Source: a bacterium (GTDB taxonomy: Bacteria; Hinthialibacterota; Hinthialibacteria; Hinthialibacterales; Hinthialibacteraceae). From it: DNA of 64,000 bases. A model generated the notes under the pieces. That model saw only the letters and a program-made list of their open reading frames with translations. It had not been told where the DNA came from and searched no databases. The translations under genes were made by a program, and so were the position numbers. The stretch lies in the NCBI GenBank assembly GCA_963663405.2, contig CAXXSM010000041.1, positions 1 to 64,000 of the forward strand, given 5' to 3'. Shown in pieces: positions 53,726-64,000 of the stretch (the first letter of the stretch is position 1; every line of letters begins with the position of its first letter).

Positions 53726-54585
53726 AATACTATACGAAACAATTTCTCGGCGATGATGGCGCCAAGCCGGCGTTCGATCGAGCGAAAGTTGTGGTTTTAC
53801 CTTTTGGATACGAAGGAGGCGTTTCGTATGGCAAAGGCGCCGCAGCAGGGCCGGACGCCATTCTTGACGCTTCATGTCAATTAGAACTGTATGATGAAGT
53901 GTTGGATGTTGAACCTTCTTCGATTGGAATCTGTACCGTTGAGCCGCCTATCTATCAGAATACACCGGAACAGATGGTAGAGGCGCTTTATGAATCAACT
54001 CGATTGCTTCTTTCGAAGGACAAATTCATCGTAGTGGTGGGTGGTGATCACTCGATTACACTCGGTTATTACAAAGCGTTGGTTGAAAAATACGGTCCAC
54101 TCTCTGTGATTCAATTGGACGCCCACGCGGATTTGCGGCATGAATATCTCGATAGTCCATTCAGCCATGCCTGCATTATGTCACGCCTTCGTGAATTGAC
54201 ATCCAATACACTGCAAATCGGCATCCGAAGCATGTCTCATGATGAATCGATACGAATCAAGCGAGAAAATTTGAGCGTTTGTACAATGCATGATTACCGC
54301 GCTGGCCGCTTTGATATAGATGCGGCGCTCGAACAACTTCCCGATCCTGTGTTTATTACATTAGATGTCGATGTTATGGATTGGAGCGTGATCCGAAGCA
54401 CGGGAACGCCGGAACCGGGTGGTTTCTCATGGGATGAATCAATGACTTTGTTAAATAAAATATTTTCGGTGAAGAATACCGTTGGATTTGACTTCGTAGA
54501 GTACGCGTATGATCCAGCTGACGTTAATTCCGCTTTCGCCGCGGCGAAATTGATTTATAAAATGATCGCATTCAAATTTTTCTGA
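53722..54585 (+). CDS. speB: Agmatinase/ureohydrolase
   Basis: GGDHS, DAHADLR, SHAC, DVDVMD, TGTPEPGG. Confidence 0.92.
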   Translation: MKYYTKQFLGDDGAKPAFDRAKVVVLPFGYEGGVSYGKGAAAGPDAILDASCQLELYDEVLDVEPSSIGICTVEPPIYQNTPEQMVEALYESTRLLLSKDKFIVVVGGDHSITLGYYKALVEKYGPLSVIQLDAHADLRHEYLDSPFSHACIMSRLRELTSNTLQIGIRSMSHDESIRIKRENLSVCTMHDYRAGRFDIDAALEQLPDPVFITLDVDVMDWSVIRSTGTPEPGGFSWDESMTLLNKIFSVKNTVGFDFVEYAYDPADVNSAFAAAKLIYKMIAFKFF

Positions 54586-54792
54586 TAGAGAAAGAACCGC
54601 GATGTTTCGAGCGATCCTAGATTCTTTTAAGCCCATTCCTCGCATCCGCCTTTCTTATTTTCAGAGTAATTTCCTCTAGCCTGAATTTCGTTGAATATTG
54701 CAAGTATTATTTTATAACAATGAGATGGTCTCAGTAAAAGTGGAATTTTCTTTTATTTGTTTCGAATGACCCTATCTATTATTGTAGATGAG

Positions 54793-56208
54793 ATGGTTAT
54801 GTTAGATGTACGTAAATCGAAATTGATTGAACAAAACCGCTTGGAACTGGGAGGCGCTTATAATTCCTTGCGTTGGATAAGCGAAAAACAGAGTTTGATA
54901 TCCACACAGGAACGAGACAATCTATTGAAATCGTTAAGGCATAGTGTAACGTTCTCATGTAAAAATACCAAAGTCGCATATCGCAATCTAGCTCCCGGAT
55001 GTGAATTATGCGTTCAAGGTGACTGGTCTTGTCTTTTCATCAATGGCCGTTGTAATTGCCGTTGTTTTTATTGTCCTTCCCGGCAAGATGAGGATTCGCT
55101 TCCAACAACAAATACGATCCAGTTTAGTAATCCACGTGATTACGTGGATTATATCCGTCACATGGATTTTCGGGGAGTAAGTTTTAGCGGGGGTGAACCA
55201 CTGTTAAAACTTGATGAAACCTTTCGATATATCCGATCTATAAAACAGATGTTTGGCGATACAGCGCATACTTGGCTGTATACCAATGGAACTCTGGCGA
55301 ACGTATCCACTTTACGCAAACTAAGAGAAGCGGGACTGGATGAAATTCGTTTTGATATCGGCGCAACAGAGTTAAACCTTGATGCGGCCAAGCGCGCGGT
55401 TGATATGATTGATACGGTTACCGTTGAAATCCCATCGTTACCCGAACAGGTTGAAATCATGAAAGAAAAAATCCTGGAAATGCGCGCGGCTGGAATTAAG
55501 TATCTTAACCTGCATCAGCTACGTCTTACTCTTCATAATCTTCCGGAATTAATCAAACGTAACTATACCTTTTTGCATGGGGAAAGAGTGACTGTGTTCG
55601 AATCTGAATTAACGGCGTTACAGCTGATGTATTGGATCTATACTGAAGGGATACCATTGCCTGTAAATTATTGTTCATTTGTATACAAGAATCGATTTCA
55701 GCGCGCAGCCGCTCGAAAAAAAAATGCTTTGTTTATTCGGAAACCGTATGAAGACATTACTGAGAATGGGTATATCCGAATGATCGAGATTAAAGGGGAA
55801 CCGGACCAATTAGCTCGCCTTATTGATACCTTTCGCCAGAATCGTTTCGATGAAACATTGTGGATGATAGATACTCGTAGCCATTGTTTACGTCTCTCCG
55901 CTTTGTTGTGGATTACTATTGATTGTTCCTTATTCCGTACTTCCGTTTTCTATGCGGAAGCAAAAATTCTTTCCTCGATCACATATCGTAATTTCTTTAT
56001 TAAGGTCACTCTTAATACCCAACGAGATCTATTTGTTGAAAAGATCCCTTGTAATGATGTGATTCATTTGACGAACGAATTCGCTATCCAATGGCAATCA
56101 TGGCTTGCTGGGAACTGTTCGGATCTATACAGCGTCTGTGCCAATACTGTTTGGGAACAATTATATCGATATGAATGTATCGAAGAGGATTTGGCGGAGT
56201 ATTTCTAA
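54793..56208 (+). CDS. Radical SAM protein of unknown function
   Basis: PGCELC..LFINGRCNCRCFYCP; SGGEPL; LYTNG; GLDEIRFD. Confidence 0.85.
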   Translation: MVMLDVRKSKLIEQNRLELGGAYNSLRWISEKQSLISTQERDNLLKSLRHSVTFSCKNTKVAYRNLAPGCELCVQGDWSCLFINGRCNCRCFYCPSRQDEDSLPTTNTIQFSNPRDYVDYIRHMDFRGVSFSGGEPLLKLDETFRYIRSIKQMFGDTAHTWLYTNGTLANVSTLRKLREAGLDEIRFDIGATELNLDAAKRAVDMIDTVTVEIPSLPEQVEIMKEKILEMRAAGIKYLNLHQLRLTLHNLPELIKRNYTFLHGERVTVFESELTALQLMYWIYTEGIPLPVNYCSFVYKNRFQRAAARKKNALFIRKPYEDITENGYIRMIEIKGEPDQLARLIDTFRQNRFDETLWMIDTRSHCLRLSALLWITIDCSLFRTSVFYAEAKILSSITYRNFFIKVTLNTQRDLFVEKIPCNDVIHLTNEFAIQWQSWLAGNCSDLYSVCANTVWEQLYRYECIEEDLAEYF

Positions 56209-56372
56209 GTGAATAGCGCATACGATCCGTTATACAAATACTTGACGACGCTGTAAACACATTCCAGATAGTACAGAATTGAATTTTACATTATTCAATT
56301 ACCACTTCAAAACTTATTGTTTTTTTTCCCCTTCGATTTTTATATTAACAAGCGTGATATATATAAGAAGGT

Positions 56373-56894
56373 TTACCATTTCCGAAGCATAAAATGTCCC
56401 ATGTCAAATGGCTCTGATTTATAACCTCCGACGATCAAAGTGGAGTGTTGATCGATTGTAGCGGAATAATCTAGGGACATTCCATCAGGTCTGCCTTTTA
56501 ATTTGAAAGTTAAACTTGGCGTATACGATCTTTCATTACTTTCACCACCCCCTTGTTCTCCACTGATATTGAATTGCCCTTCTAGATCCATGCGCATACA
56601 GCCTCCGGGCCGCCAGAGGCTCCAGAAGTTCCAATAAATCAATAATTTAACATCAAAAGTCTTATTTTTGGGTATTGGATTGGGTAACTGCGCGATAATC
56701 CGGCCTGAAACCAGGTTCGTTTTACTCTCCCAAACTCCAGCCCAAACATTCTCCTTAAAATCCGGGGGAATTGAAACACGGTACCAAGCATAGTTGAGAA
56801 TAGGCGCAATGATGAAAATGAAAAGGATGAAAACGCTTAGGATTATTAGTATAATATTAGGTGATTTTAGGAATCTCATGATTCTCCTTTTCAT
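56373..56894 (-). CDS. Hypothetical membrane-anchored protein
   Basis: 173-aa ORF with N-terminal TM helix. Confidence 0.6.
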   Translation of the reverse strand: MKRRIMRFLKSPNIILIILSVFILFIFIIAPILNYAWYRVSIPPDFKENVWAGVWESKTNLVSGRIIAQLPNPIPKNKTFDVKLLIYWNFWSLWRPGGCMRMDLEGQFNISGEQGGGESNERSYTPSLTFKLKGRPDGMSLDYSATIDQHSTLIVGGYKSEPFDMGHFMLRKW

Positions 56895-57063
56895 TTGTAC
56901 GTTGTGATCTCAATCACGCTGGTTAATAAGATATTGAATTTGTAATGAGTGGAGATAAATATTTTTACAATCATTGATAAATGTGTAAATTAATTTTGTT
57001 TTTATCTTTTTAGAAGATATACTATAAATAAAGGTGTTACTCTAAAAAAGGGGGTATGTCATC

Positions 57064-57306
57064 ATGAGTCCGGTCAAAGATTCAAACCTAAATCATACGG
57101 AATCCGGGATCGATGATTATACGGCCCGTATGGACAGAATGCTTGACTCATTAAAACAGAAGAGCAAAGAAGTGAAAAGTGACAAGTTCAAAAAACGCCT
57201 GATATGGTTCAGCATTGGAACATTGCTTGTCACACTTCTCCTGTTTTTAATGAGAATTATGAACTCGCGCGGTTTTGGTGGATTATCGATTTTGTTCATG
57301 GAATAA
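57064..57306 (+). CDS. Small hypothetical membrane protein
   Basis: 80 aa, purine-rich RBS, charged region followed by one TM helix. Confidence 0.5.
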   Translation: MSPVKDSNLNHTESGIDDYTARMDRMLDSLKQKSKEVKSDKFKKRLIWFSIGTLLVTLLLFLMRIMNSRGFGGLSILFME

Positions 57307-57336
57307 AGCTAATGCAACAGGCCGCTCTGGTTGAAT

Positions 57337-58743
57337 TTATGAATCCGTTCCATTCTTATCTGAATCGGATTGATCTTTCTTATTATCTGTCCGTTTGACC
57401 AATCGAAGGCGGCCGATGATGTCGTGTTCGAATTCCGGCGATTGCAACATGAGTATTTTACGGTTTAATGAAAAATCCTTCACTCGGCCCAGTATATTTC
57501 TTTCCGTATCAAACCACCGATATTCATACCGGCCTTCAATTGTATAAAATGTCAGTTTCGCTTGTCCTTTGCCCGGTTTTTTTCGGAGCAACCAATAGAT
57601 CCAATCCCCACCCACCAAGTTGTCGGCTAGAAAAAAAGTGTCTTTTGGGTCCAATTCGATAGACGCTTTGGATGGGGGGCGGGGAACTCCCGCTAAATTG
57701 ATTCCGTGATTAAAGTTCCAGACCGCTTCCAGTTGTGAGAGTTCGGCGCTTGCGATCCGATTCGCGCCAGAATGGGGAGGCCCGGCGAACGCGCCGCTGG
57801 TTGATACAACCGGCGGCCACAGTAGATTTTTAAAAAATTCTTCCTGTTCGTTCGGATTTCCTTTCCATACTCCTTCACAAATAAACACCGGCTTTTTGTT
57901 TTTTCTCGCCTCTTGGATAAAGGAATGAGCGCTTTTTGCAGTAAGGAATGGATCTCGAGATTGGATCTGCAGTAAGAGCAGTTTTACAGGTACCAATGAC
58001 ATCAGTCTCGTAGGCATTGTATTGGGCGCAAAGGAGAGAGCGATGAGATGTTTTTCTTGGTCTTCATGTTTGATCTCATCGATCACACGAAGAACCCAGA
58101 ATAAGACCGGATCTTCAAACCGCATGTCCGGAGGGGATTGAAGATCGCCAATATTTACACCCCGTCCCACTTCCCAAGCCAATACCGGCCGCTCCTGATA
58201 GCGGGAGACGATTTGTTTAACTCTCCTCATACATCGAAGAATCGAATCCGGGTTTGTAAAAAAATCTTCTAATCGTTCGCATTGACCGCCGTTATTCGCA
58301 TTGTACGGATGTTTCTCCCATTGCGCCGCTATGGATTGCGTATCAAAAAGCGAGAGAATGGTATACATGCCATGACGTTCGGCGAGAGTGAATATGAAAT
58401 CCAACCGGTTGATTACCGCCTTCGCCAACTCCCCTTTTGACGTTTCGAACGTCTTCCAATTCTCATACGAAGGACACGCGCGGTCGATCGTGATGCGGAG
58501 AGTATTGATTTTGTGTTTAGCCAGTGTCTCAATCTGTTTTTCCACATCTCCATCTTGAACAGAGGGATTCAACAAAAAACCTATATTGGCCGTGTAGGGA
58601 TAAAACACTTCCCCATCTTTTTCAAAGAGATAAAAATTGGTTTTGTGAATCGTAATATCCGGCTTCGCGTAGATACCAACTGGCGCTTGAAGAATCGCCA
58701 CAGCAAGTAGAGTGATAACTAGAATCGTTTTTTTTGTATGCAT
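57337..58743 (-). CDS. Secreted GH5/clan-A-like TIM-barrel protein, acid/base Glu apparently absent
   Basis: KDGEVFY, INTLRI, RLDFIFTLAERHGMY, VLAWEVGRG (canonical WELxNE), KPVFICEG. Confidence 0.65.
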   Translation of the reverse strand: MHTKKTILVITLLAVAILQAPVGIYAKPDITIHKTNFYLFEKDGEVFYPYTANIGFLLNPSVQDGDVEKQIETLAKHKINTLRITIDRACPSYENWKTFETSKGELAKAVINRLDFIFTLAERHGMYTILSLFDTQSIAAQWEKHPYNANNGGQCERLEDFFTNPDSILRCMRRVKQIVSRYQERPVLAWEVGRGVNIGDLQSPPDMRFEDPVLFWVLRVIDEIKHEDQEKHLIALSFAPNTMPTRLMSLVPVKLLLLQIQSRDPFLTAKSAHSFIQEARKNKKPVFICEGVWKGNPNEQEEFFKNLLWPPVVSTSGAFAGPPHSGANRIASAELSQLEAVWNFNHGINLAGVPRPPSKASIELDPKDTFFLADNLVGGDWIYWLLRKKPGKGQAKLTFYTIEGRYEYRWFDTERNILGRVKDFSLNRKILMLQSPEFEHDIIGRLRLVKRTDNKKDQSDSDKNGTDS

Positions 58744-58861
58744 TGAATTCCTCTCTCTATAGGACGCAATCAATCTCAATTCTATTTATGTTATCACATT
58801 ATATCCAGAACGCCCATTTGGACTGGAGAGAGGTGGGATTTGCAAGGTGAAATAAACACTA

Positions 58862-59320
58862 TTAGTCTTTCTGGCGTGTAGGATCTAAAATCTTATTGAG
58901 ATGATGCCGCAAATGTCGGAGGTAATCCGTGACGATGAAATCCAATGAAACGGGTTCGTCTTTCCCGATGTTGCATGGGGCGGATTCGGCGTCCGTTGGA
59001 ATACATTCGATGACATGGCATAAATGTTTATTATATGCGGCCCAGAGTTCGATCAAAGCGGGCCAAGGGATTTCATTGTACCGCTGGATTCTCACCCATT
59101 CATTTTGATCGTAGATAGGGAACTGATCCGCCACTCCATACACTGCGCGTACATATCGTTGATGGTTGTTCGCCGCCGAATCGATCAAATGCCCAAGAAT
59201 CTCCTGTTTCGACCATTTTTCCGGCGCTGGTTTGATTTTAGTGTCTTGCGGATTCAATTGAGATAACAAAGGTTCGCTCTCTTTAATAAGAGTGAGTATC
59301 TGTTGCGCTATTTCTTTCAT
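58862..59320 (-). CDS. DinB family protein
   Basis: KWSKQEILGHLIDSAANNHQR...DYLRHLRHH. Confidence 0.9.
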   Translation of the reverse strand: MKEIAQQILTLIKESEPLLSQLNPQDTKIKPAPEKWSKQEILGHLIDSAANNHQRYVRAVYGVADQFPIYDQNEWVRIQRYNEIPWPALIELWAAYNKHLCHVIECIPTDAESAPCNIGKDEPVSLDFIVTDYLRHLRHHLNKILDPTRQKD

Positions 59321-59432
59321 GATCCTTAACCTGCCGATTCCTCAATAGAGTTTTTTTTTCAATCATATATTGAACATTGTGGGGAGAAAAATGAATCCTT
59401 GACGCTACTCCGTGATAAAAAACGTTATCAAT

Positions 59433-59459
59433 AAAAAAGGGCAGGCGCAAGACCTGCCC
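59433..59459 (-). terminator. Rho-independent terminator
   Basis: Minus strand GGGCAGG-tcttgcg-CCTGCCC-TTTTTT downstream of the PHP gene. Confidence 0.75.
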
Positions 59460-59502
59460 ATATGATGTTTGTAATGAATGACTTGTTTTCAGCAATAAAA
59501 AT

Positions 59503-60636
59503 TTACTCGATCGGTACCATTAAATCGACTTCCAAGCCTTCTTCGGGAGCCACTAAAAGATTCTTTACGCGGTATGATAATACGATCTCATCAACTTCAT
59601 CGTCCGCTTCTTTTTTGACTTCCATCTGTAAAAGAATCGACGCGTTCGCTGGGAGGGTCAGTGATCCCGGTCCGTGATCGCCTGTTTTTTCCATTTCCAT
59701 GATGACGTCTGATTTGTTTTCGATTTCCATCCAGTACGTATTATCCACATGGCGGTGGGGCTTGGCGATTCTAAACGGATGCTTTGAAGAGTGGTTCCAA
59801 ATATTCTTCACGGCCGATCAACTGATTTTTAAACCAGACAGCTGTTCTGCCAGCGAATAACGCTTCTTTAAGGGCTTCCATCGTTTTTTCACGAGCGAAA
59901 ACCAGCGTCATTGTTCGGGTGATTTTCTGGTGCGTGTTCTAAATCAATGATGGGCTGATGGATTGTCCGTGTTTCCCATCATCGTAAGGTTTTTCTCCAT
60001 CGCCCATTGATGGGCTTCCGGGTAGTAAGATCCACCGTTGCAGACCTCGATCCCATGCAGCCATTTTTTTTCGTATATGGTTGTGTGAATATCCCGCCAG
60101 GAACCGAGTTCCGGGCCTTTCCAGCCGGGATGGTTCCAGAAGACAAACGCTCCTTGTTTGTTCGCCGCTTCAATCGCATCGATGAATTCTTCTGTATCTA
60201 ATGGATTAATATCGTTAAGAAAGATCGCATTGAAATGTCCAGGAGGAGTGCTGCGGGTGATCTCCGTGGCTCGTGGAAAGAGAAAGTTTTTCATCGCCGC
60301 GTATGAATGGGTGATTTCATAAGGGCGGTTGTGATTTGTTGGGATATCCTCTTTATGAGGTTGATACTCGATATGATCAGAAATCGAGATTGCGTCCAGT
60401 CCATCCCGCCACGCTTCCTCTACCCGAATGGTCGGCCACACTAGACCATCGGAGAAAACGGTGTGCATATGAAAATCACATTTCAATGTTACATAACCAG
60501 GTATATCGGGGAGTTGAATGGGCTCTTTGCCTTCCCCGTATACTCTCCATTTTGTCTCAACATCACTGAAAGCGGCTGGGATTAGGCAAAGATAGGCCAC
60601 CACAGCCATGAACAATACATTCCTAAAACGTTCCAT
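59503..60636 (-). CDS. Secreted PHP-domain phosphoesterase (frameshift near 59955)
   Basis: CDFHMHTVFSDG, DHIEY, PPGHFN, WNHP, GNTD; continues in another frame as ..RTMTLVFAREKT..GRTAV. Confidence 0.85.
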
Positions 60637-60824
60637 GAATCTGTTCCTTTCTGTTAAATTTGGAAGTCATCCGAGAATAATCTAAGCTGATCGCGCAATC
60701 AAGCAAGGATTTGAAATTATTCAGAAAGCCGAAATGGAATTAATAACGGAAACAAAGCTCAACGGCATCCAAAATTTAACAAAATCGAGGGATTTGCGGT
60801 TCGTGTAATTCTCCTAATAGTACT

Positions 60825-62224
60825 CTAGGAAAGCAATTCCCATCCCCGCCGGTAGGATTTGGTCACAAATTGATTGGCATTGTCATGGTTCGTGAAACGC
60901 ATGTTAGGGCCATCCCAGAGTAATTTCTGTCTTGGGAATCTTAGCGAGAATATTGCCCATGACAACCCATTCGGTCAGAGGGCCGGCGTGTTCGAAATTT
61001 GTACCTGATTCCGAACCGGTTTTGCAGGACCGGATCCAATCTAATTTGTGCATCCGGTCGGCTTCCTGATGTCCATCATTATTCAGAATACTAGGCAGCC
61101 GTGGAATGATGGGATCGGGTTTTTCGAATGTTTCAACAATGCGTCCATTTACAGCCAGCACATTCTTTTCGATCTCCCCTTTCATCACGATCACGCCATT
61201 CTCTCCGACGAACATCGTTCCCGTTTTTTCTTCCAATAGATTGAGATCGGCTCCATAGCCTTTAGGAAGCTTCGGCAACAGCATCCCATCGTACCAGTAA
61301 AGATCGAGCGCATCAAAACCACCCCGTTGAGGGAATTCATAGTGTAGGATCGATTCCGTTGGGTATGTCTGTTCATTCGCGTCTTTGAGGTGAACGCATT
61401 CTATACTGGTTGGATATTCAAGCCGGAGGGCTTTTACGACGGGGCTTAAGTTATGGCATGCGATATCCCCCAGCGCGCCACAACCGTAATCCCACCAACC
61501 GCGCCATTTGAAGGGGCAGTAACCTGGATTGTACGGCCGGACCGGCGCCGGACCGAGCCAGAGATCCCATTTCAGGTGATCGGGAACATCCTGAGCGGGC
61601 AGGGGATTGGGAATTCCCTGCGGCCACCATCCAGTGGGGCGGTCCGTCCAGGAATGCACTTCCCGCACTTGGCCGATCAAGCCACTCCAAATCAGTTCGC
61701 AAATTTCGCGGTGCATGTCGGTCGCCGCTCCCTGATTGCCCATTTGAGTGGCGAGGCCGTATTTTCGAGCCGTTTCCCCGCAACACACGTGCTTCATGGA
61801 CAGTATGCGTCAACGGTTTTTGGACGTACACATGCTTTCCCATTTCCATGCAGCGCATGGCGGCGATCGCGTGCATATGATCCGGTGTAGAGATGGTCAC
61901 CGCGTCAATTTCTTTGCATTCATCCAGCATTTTCCGGAAATCGTGGTACTTTTTGGCATCTGGATAGCGGCGAAATGTACCGGCGGCGTGGCGCCAATCG
62001 ACATCACATAATGCGACAATGTTTTCACTGTTGCAGGTGTCAATGTCGCTGCTTCCTTTTCCTCCTACACCAATGCCAGCGATATTCAATTTCTCGTTTG
62101 GTGATTTAAAACCACTTTTCGAGATGGTTGTTTTTCGAACATTCCCTGTGACGCAACCAGTGGCTGCGATTGAGGCGGCGGAACCAACGAGAAAGAAACG
62201 CCGTGAAATTTTTTTCGTGCTCAT
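60825..62224 (-). CDS. Tat-exported Gfo/Idh/MocA oxidoreductase (two frameshifts)
   Basis: SRRFFL; IGVGGKG; STPDHMH; YVQKPL; QMGNQG; GALGDIACH; C-term LWDGPNMRFTN..YRRGWELLS*. Confidence 0.88.
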
Positions 62225-62263
62225 AATGTCCCCTTTACAGTCAGGATGAATTCAATCTCTTCT

Positions 62264-62784
62264 TTACCAGAGATTGTGTGTATTGACGGGTTTCCCTTGC
62301 AATTTCAGGTAATAGAACAGCTGGTATTTATGTTGATTGAGATGGGTTACCATATTAAGAAGGTGATTGCCCAGGTTTTTCTCCGTTGGATCCCAGGGCG
62401 CCGCCACTGTTTTGCTGGCTAGATCCTCTTCACTGCACTGCGCCAGCATGTCATACGCCAAATCGATGTCTTTCGTCACTGATTCCTTCGCTTCAGCGAG
62501 ACTGGAGACCGTTGGGGAGTTTTTCCGCGGGGGGGCAGCATGTCTTCTGGAGTTAGTTCGCTCAAATCAGCGCCACTAGGAAATCCCCAATCCCCTGTAA
62601 TGAATCCCCGGAAACATACACCGGACGCGTTGGCGATGTGACACAACAGCTGGCCGACCGTCATCCAATTGTTTTCCGTGGAGGGCTTCCAATCAAGAGT
62701 GTCCTCGTCGACGAGGTCGATCAATCCTTTTGTCGATTTAGATGCGGCTTCTAATTCTGACTTGATGAGTTCTGTCCAATTCAT
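62264..62784 (-). CDS. DinB family protein (frameshift near 62525)
   Basis: LDWKP..MTVGQLLCHIA + HLNQHKYQLFYYLKLQG in two frames. Confidence 0.8.
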
Positions 62785-63144
62785 TTGATTTTCTCCCCTC
62801 TGTTTTTACAGCCATCCGAACAGTCTTTGGTCATAACATAGCATAGGAATTGAAAATGGGAAATGGTTTGATCTTTTATTCTTGTGAAAAGGATAATCGT
62901 TACATCTACAACTATTTAAAGTGGAGTGATACGAGCAGGGGAAAGGAATATCTCTGTGTTGATGATATGAAAGATTGTTCTTAGTGTGATTTTAATGAAT
63001 CGTTTAGGTGAATCATTTGTCGATGGGGGGAGCGCCCGGTCCGCAGGGACATAAGTGGAGAATAATCCCACGATCCTTCAGGCCGGGTTCGCTCTTTATG
63101 AATGTCTACGCTCAACGTCAGTTCAAAAATATGGTGGATAGATA

Positions 63145-64000
63145 TTAGTACAAAGCCCAATCCGCTACAGCGACACCGCTGGATAAGGTGAGATTGCCGT
63201 AACTCAACTCATTATGAGCCCGGCCGTTCCAGCTCAGCTGGGCTTGACGATCCAAACCGTCATCGTCATTCACGCCAAGAGTGAATCCCATTGTAGAGTC
63301 ATCTTCAGGATCCATTAGGGCGAACTTCGTGACTTTGAATTCCACCTGATACCCCGTCGCTGTCGTAGAGGCCGCGCCATACCAATCGTCTGTTTCTCCG
63401 AAGAGAGGATTGTTCGCTTCATTGTCCCTCCAGGCGCCGTTCGCTGTAATGACGTATTGGCCTTCATAAGGATCGGGACCGGAGCCGCTGTTGTTGCTGT
63501 CTCCGGGATCGAAGAAGATCTCGACCGAGTCGTCTTCCCAGGTGGAGCCGTCTTCGGATCCCGCTTCCGCGGAATCGGTCGAAACAACATCATCTGTAAC
63601 ATCAACCGCGACGTAGATCGCGTCATCATCATGTACAATCCAGGCGGAATAATCATGGTCGCCGGGTCCCCATCCGTCGTCACCTGACCGGATATCATAG
63701 ACACCCGTGTAGTTCGTGACTACGAGCTCTTCCGCGGCGCTGTACTCCCCATCACTGATAACGCCATCGATGGTGGGAGCAGCCGTTTTCGGCGCCGTGT
63801 AACTCCGGTGACCGAGCAGCAGGTTGCCATAGGTAGCCTCGACATGCGTTTCACCCGACCAGGTGTATTGATTCTCTGCCGTGTCGCCGTCATCGTCATC
63901 GTTGATCGCGACATCGAAACCAATAATGTCACCCGGTTGGGGATTCCCGAACAAATCCAAAGAAAAACGGAACTCGTATTCATAGTTACCACTGCTGTTC
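63145..64000 (-). CDS. C-terminal part of a protein with tandem CBM9-like sugar-binding domains (5' end outside the window)
   Basis: IGFDVAINDDD, PTIDGVISDGEY, IYVAVDVTDD, WEDDSVEIFFD, GYQVEF; ends VAVADWALY*. Confidence 0.8.
   Translation of the reverse strand, partial: NSSGNYEYEFRFSLDLFGNPQPGDIIGFDVAINDDDDGDTAENQYTWSGETHVEATYGNLLLGHRSYTAPKTAAPTIDGVISDGEYSAAEELVVTNYTGVYDIRSGDDGWGPGDHDYSAWIVHDDDAIYVAVDVTDDVVSTDSAEAGSEDGSTWEDDSVEIFFDPGDSNNSGSGPDPYEGQYVITANGAWRDNEANNPLFGETDDWYGAASTTATGYQVEFKVTKFALMDPEDDSTMGFTLGVNDDDGLDRQAQLSWNGRAHNELSYGNLTLSSGVAVADWALY

Noticed and set aside
9418-62784. Many split genes (CotH, SSS, GH106, kinase, PHP, Gfo/Idh/MocA, DinB, LRR repeat 9) as pseudogenes or programmed frameshifts
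   Set aside because: They are single-base indels, often at homopolymers, scattered over unrelated genes with otherwise intact motifs, which is typical of long-read assembly error. The dense cluster in GH106 (about 32150-33500) cannot be resolved without reads.

Overview
Bacterial chromosomal window (no rRNA, tRNA or CRISPR array seen) from a Gram-negative-type, carbohydrate-degrading organism with many secreted proteins. It is probably an uncultured lineage from a long-read assembly, since many genes carry single-base indels. Left to right: a ~700-aa minus-strand gene missed by the ORF track (redoxin-like domain, two pseudopilin-like domains and a lectin-like domain); a CE15 esterase; a Tat sulfatase; secreted NHL, CotH and FGE-domain proteins; a foreign LRR-Roc-COR gene with a TIR/DUF4062-like C-terminal domain, 20 near-identical 66-bp repeats and a complete 2.3-kb IS in the effector domain, followed by an integrase remnant; a sugar-utilisation region (two FucI/AraA-like isomerases, sialidase-like protein, SSS transporter, GH106); lemA; amt-glnK with a sigma54 promoter; a ~1450-aa double radical SAM/SPASM-aminotransferase fusion with an aldo-keto reductase; a di-heme peroxidase and a rubredoxin-fused reductase; a hybrid PAS kinase; a pdaD-DHS-like-speB polyamine operon; and several housekeeping or hypothetical genes. 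The best candidates for undescribed biology are the combinatorially varied LRR-Roc-COR-TIR receptor, a shared C-terminal 'DWxLY*' motif on two unrelated extracellular-type proteins (possible sorting signal), and the tandem radical SAM-aminotransferase fusion.
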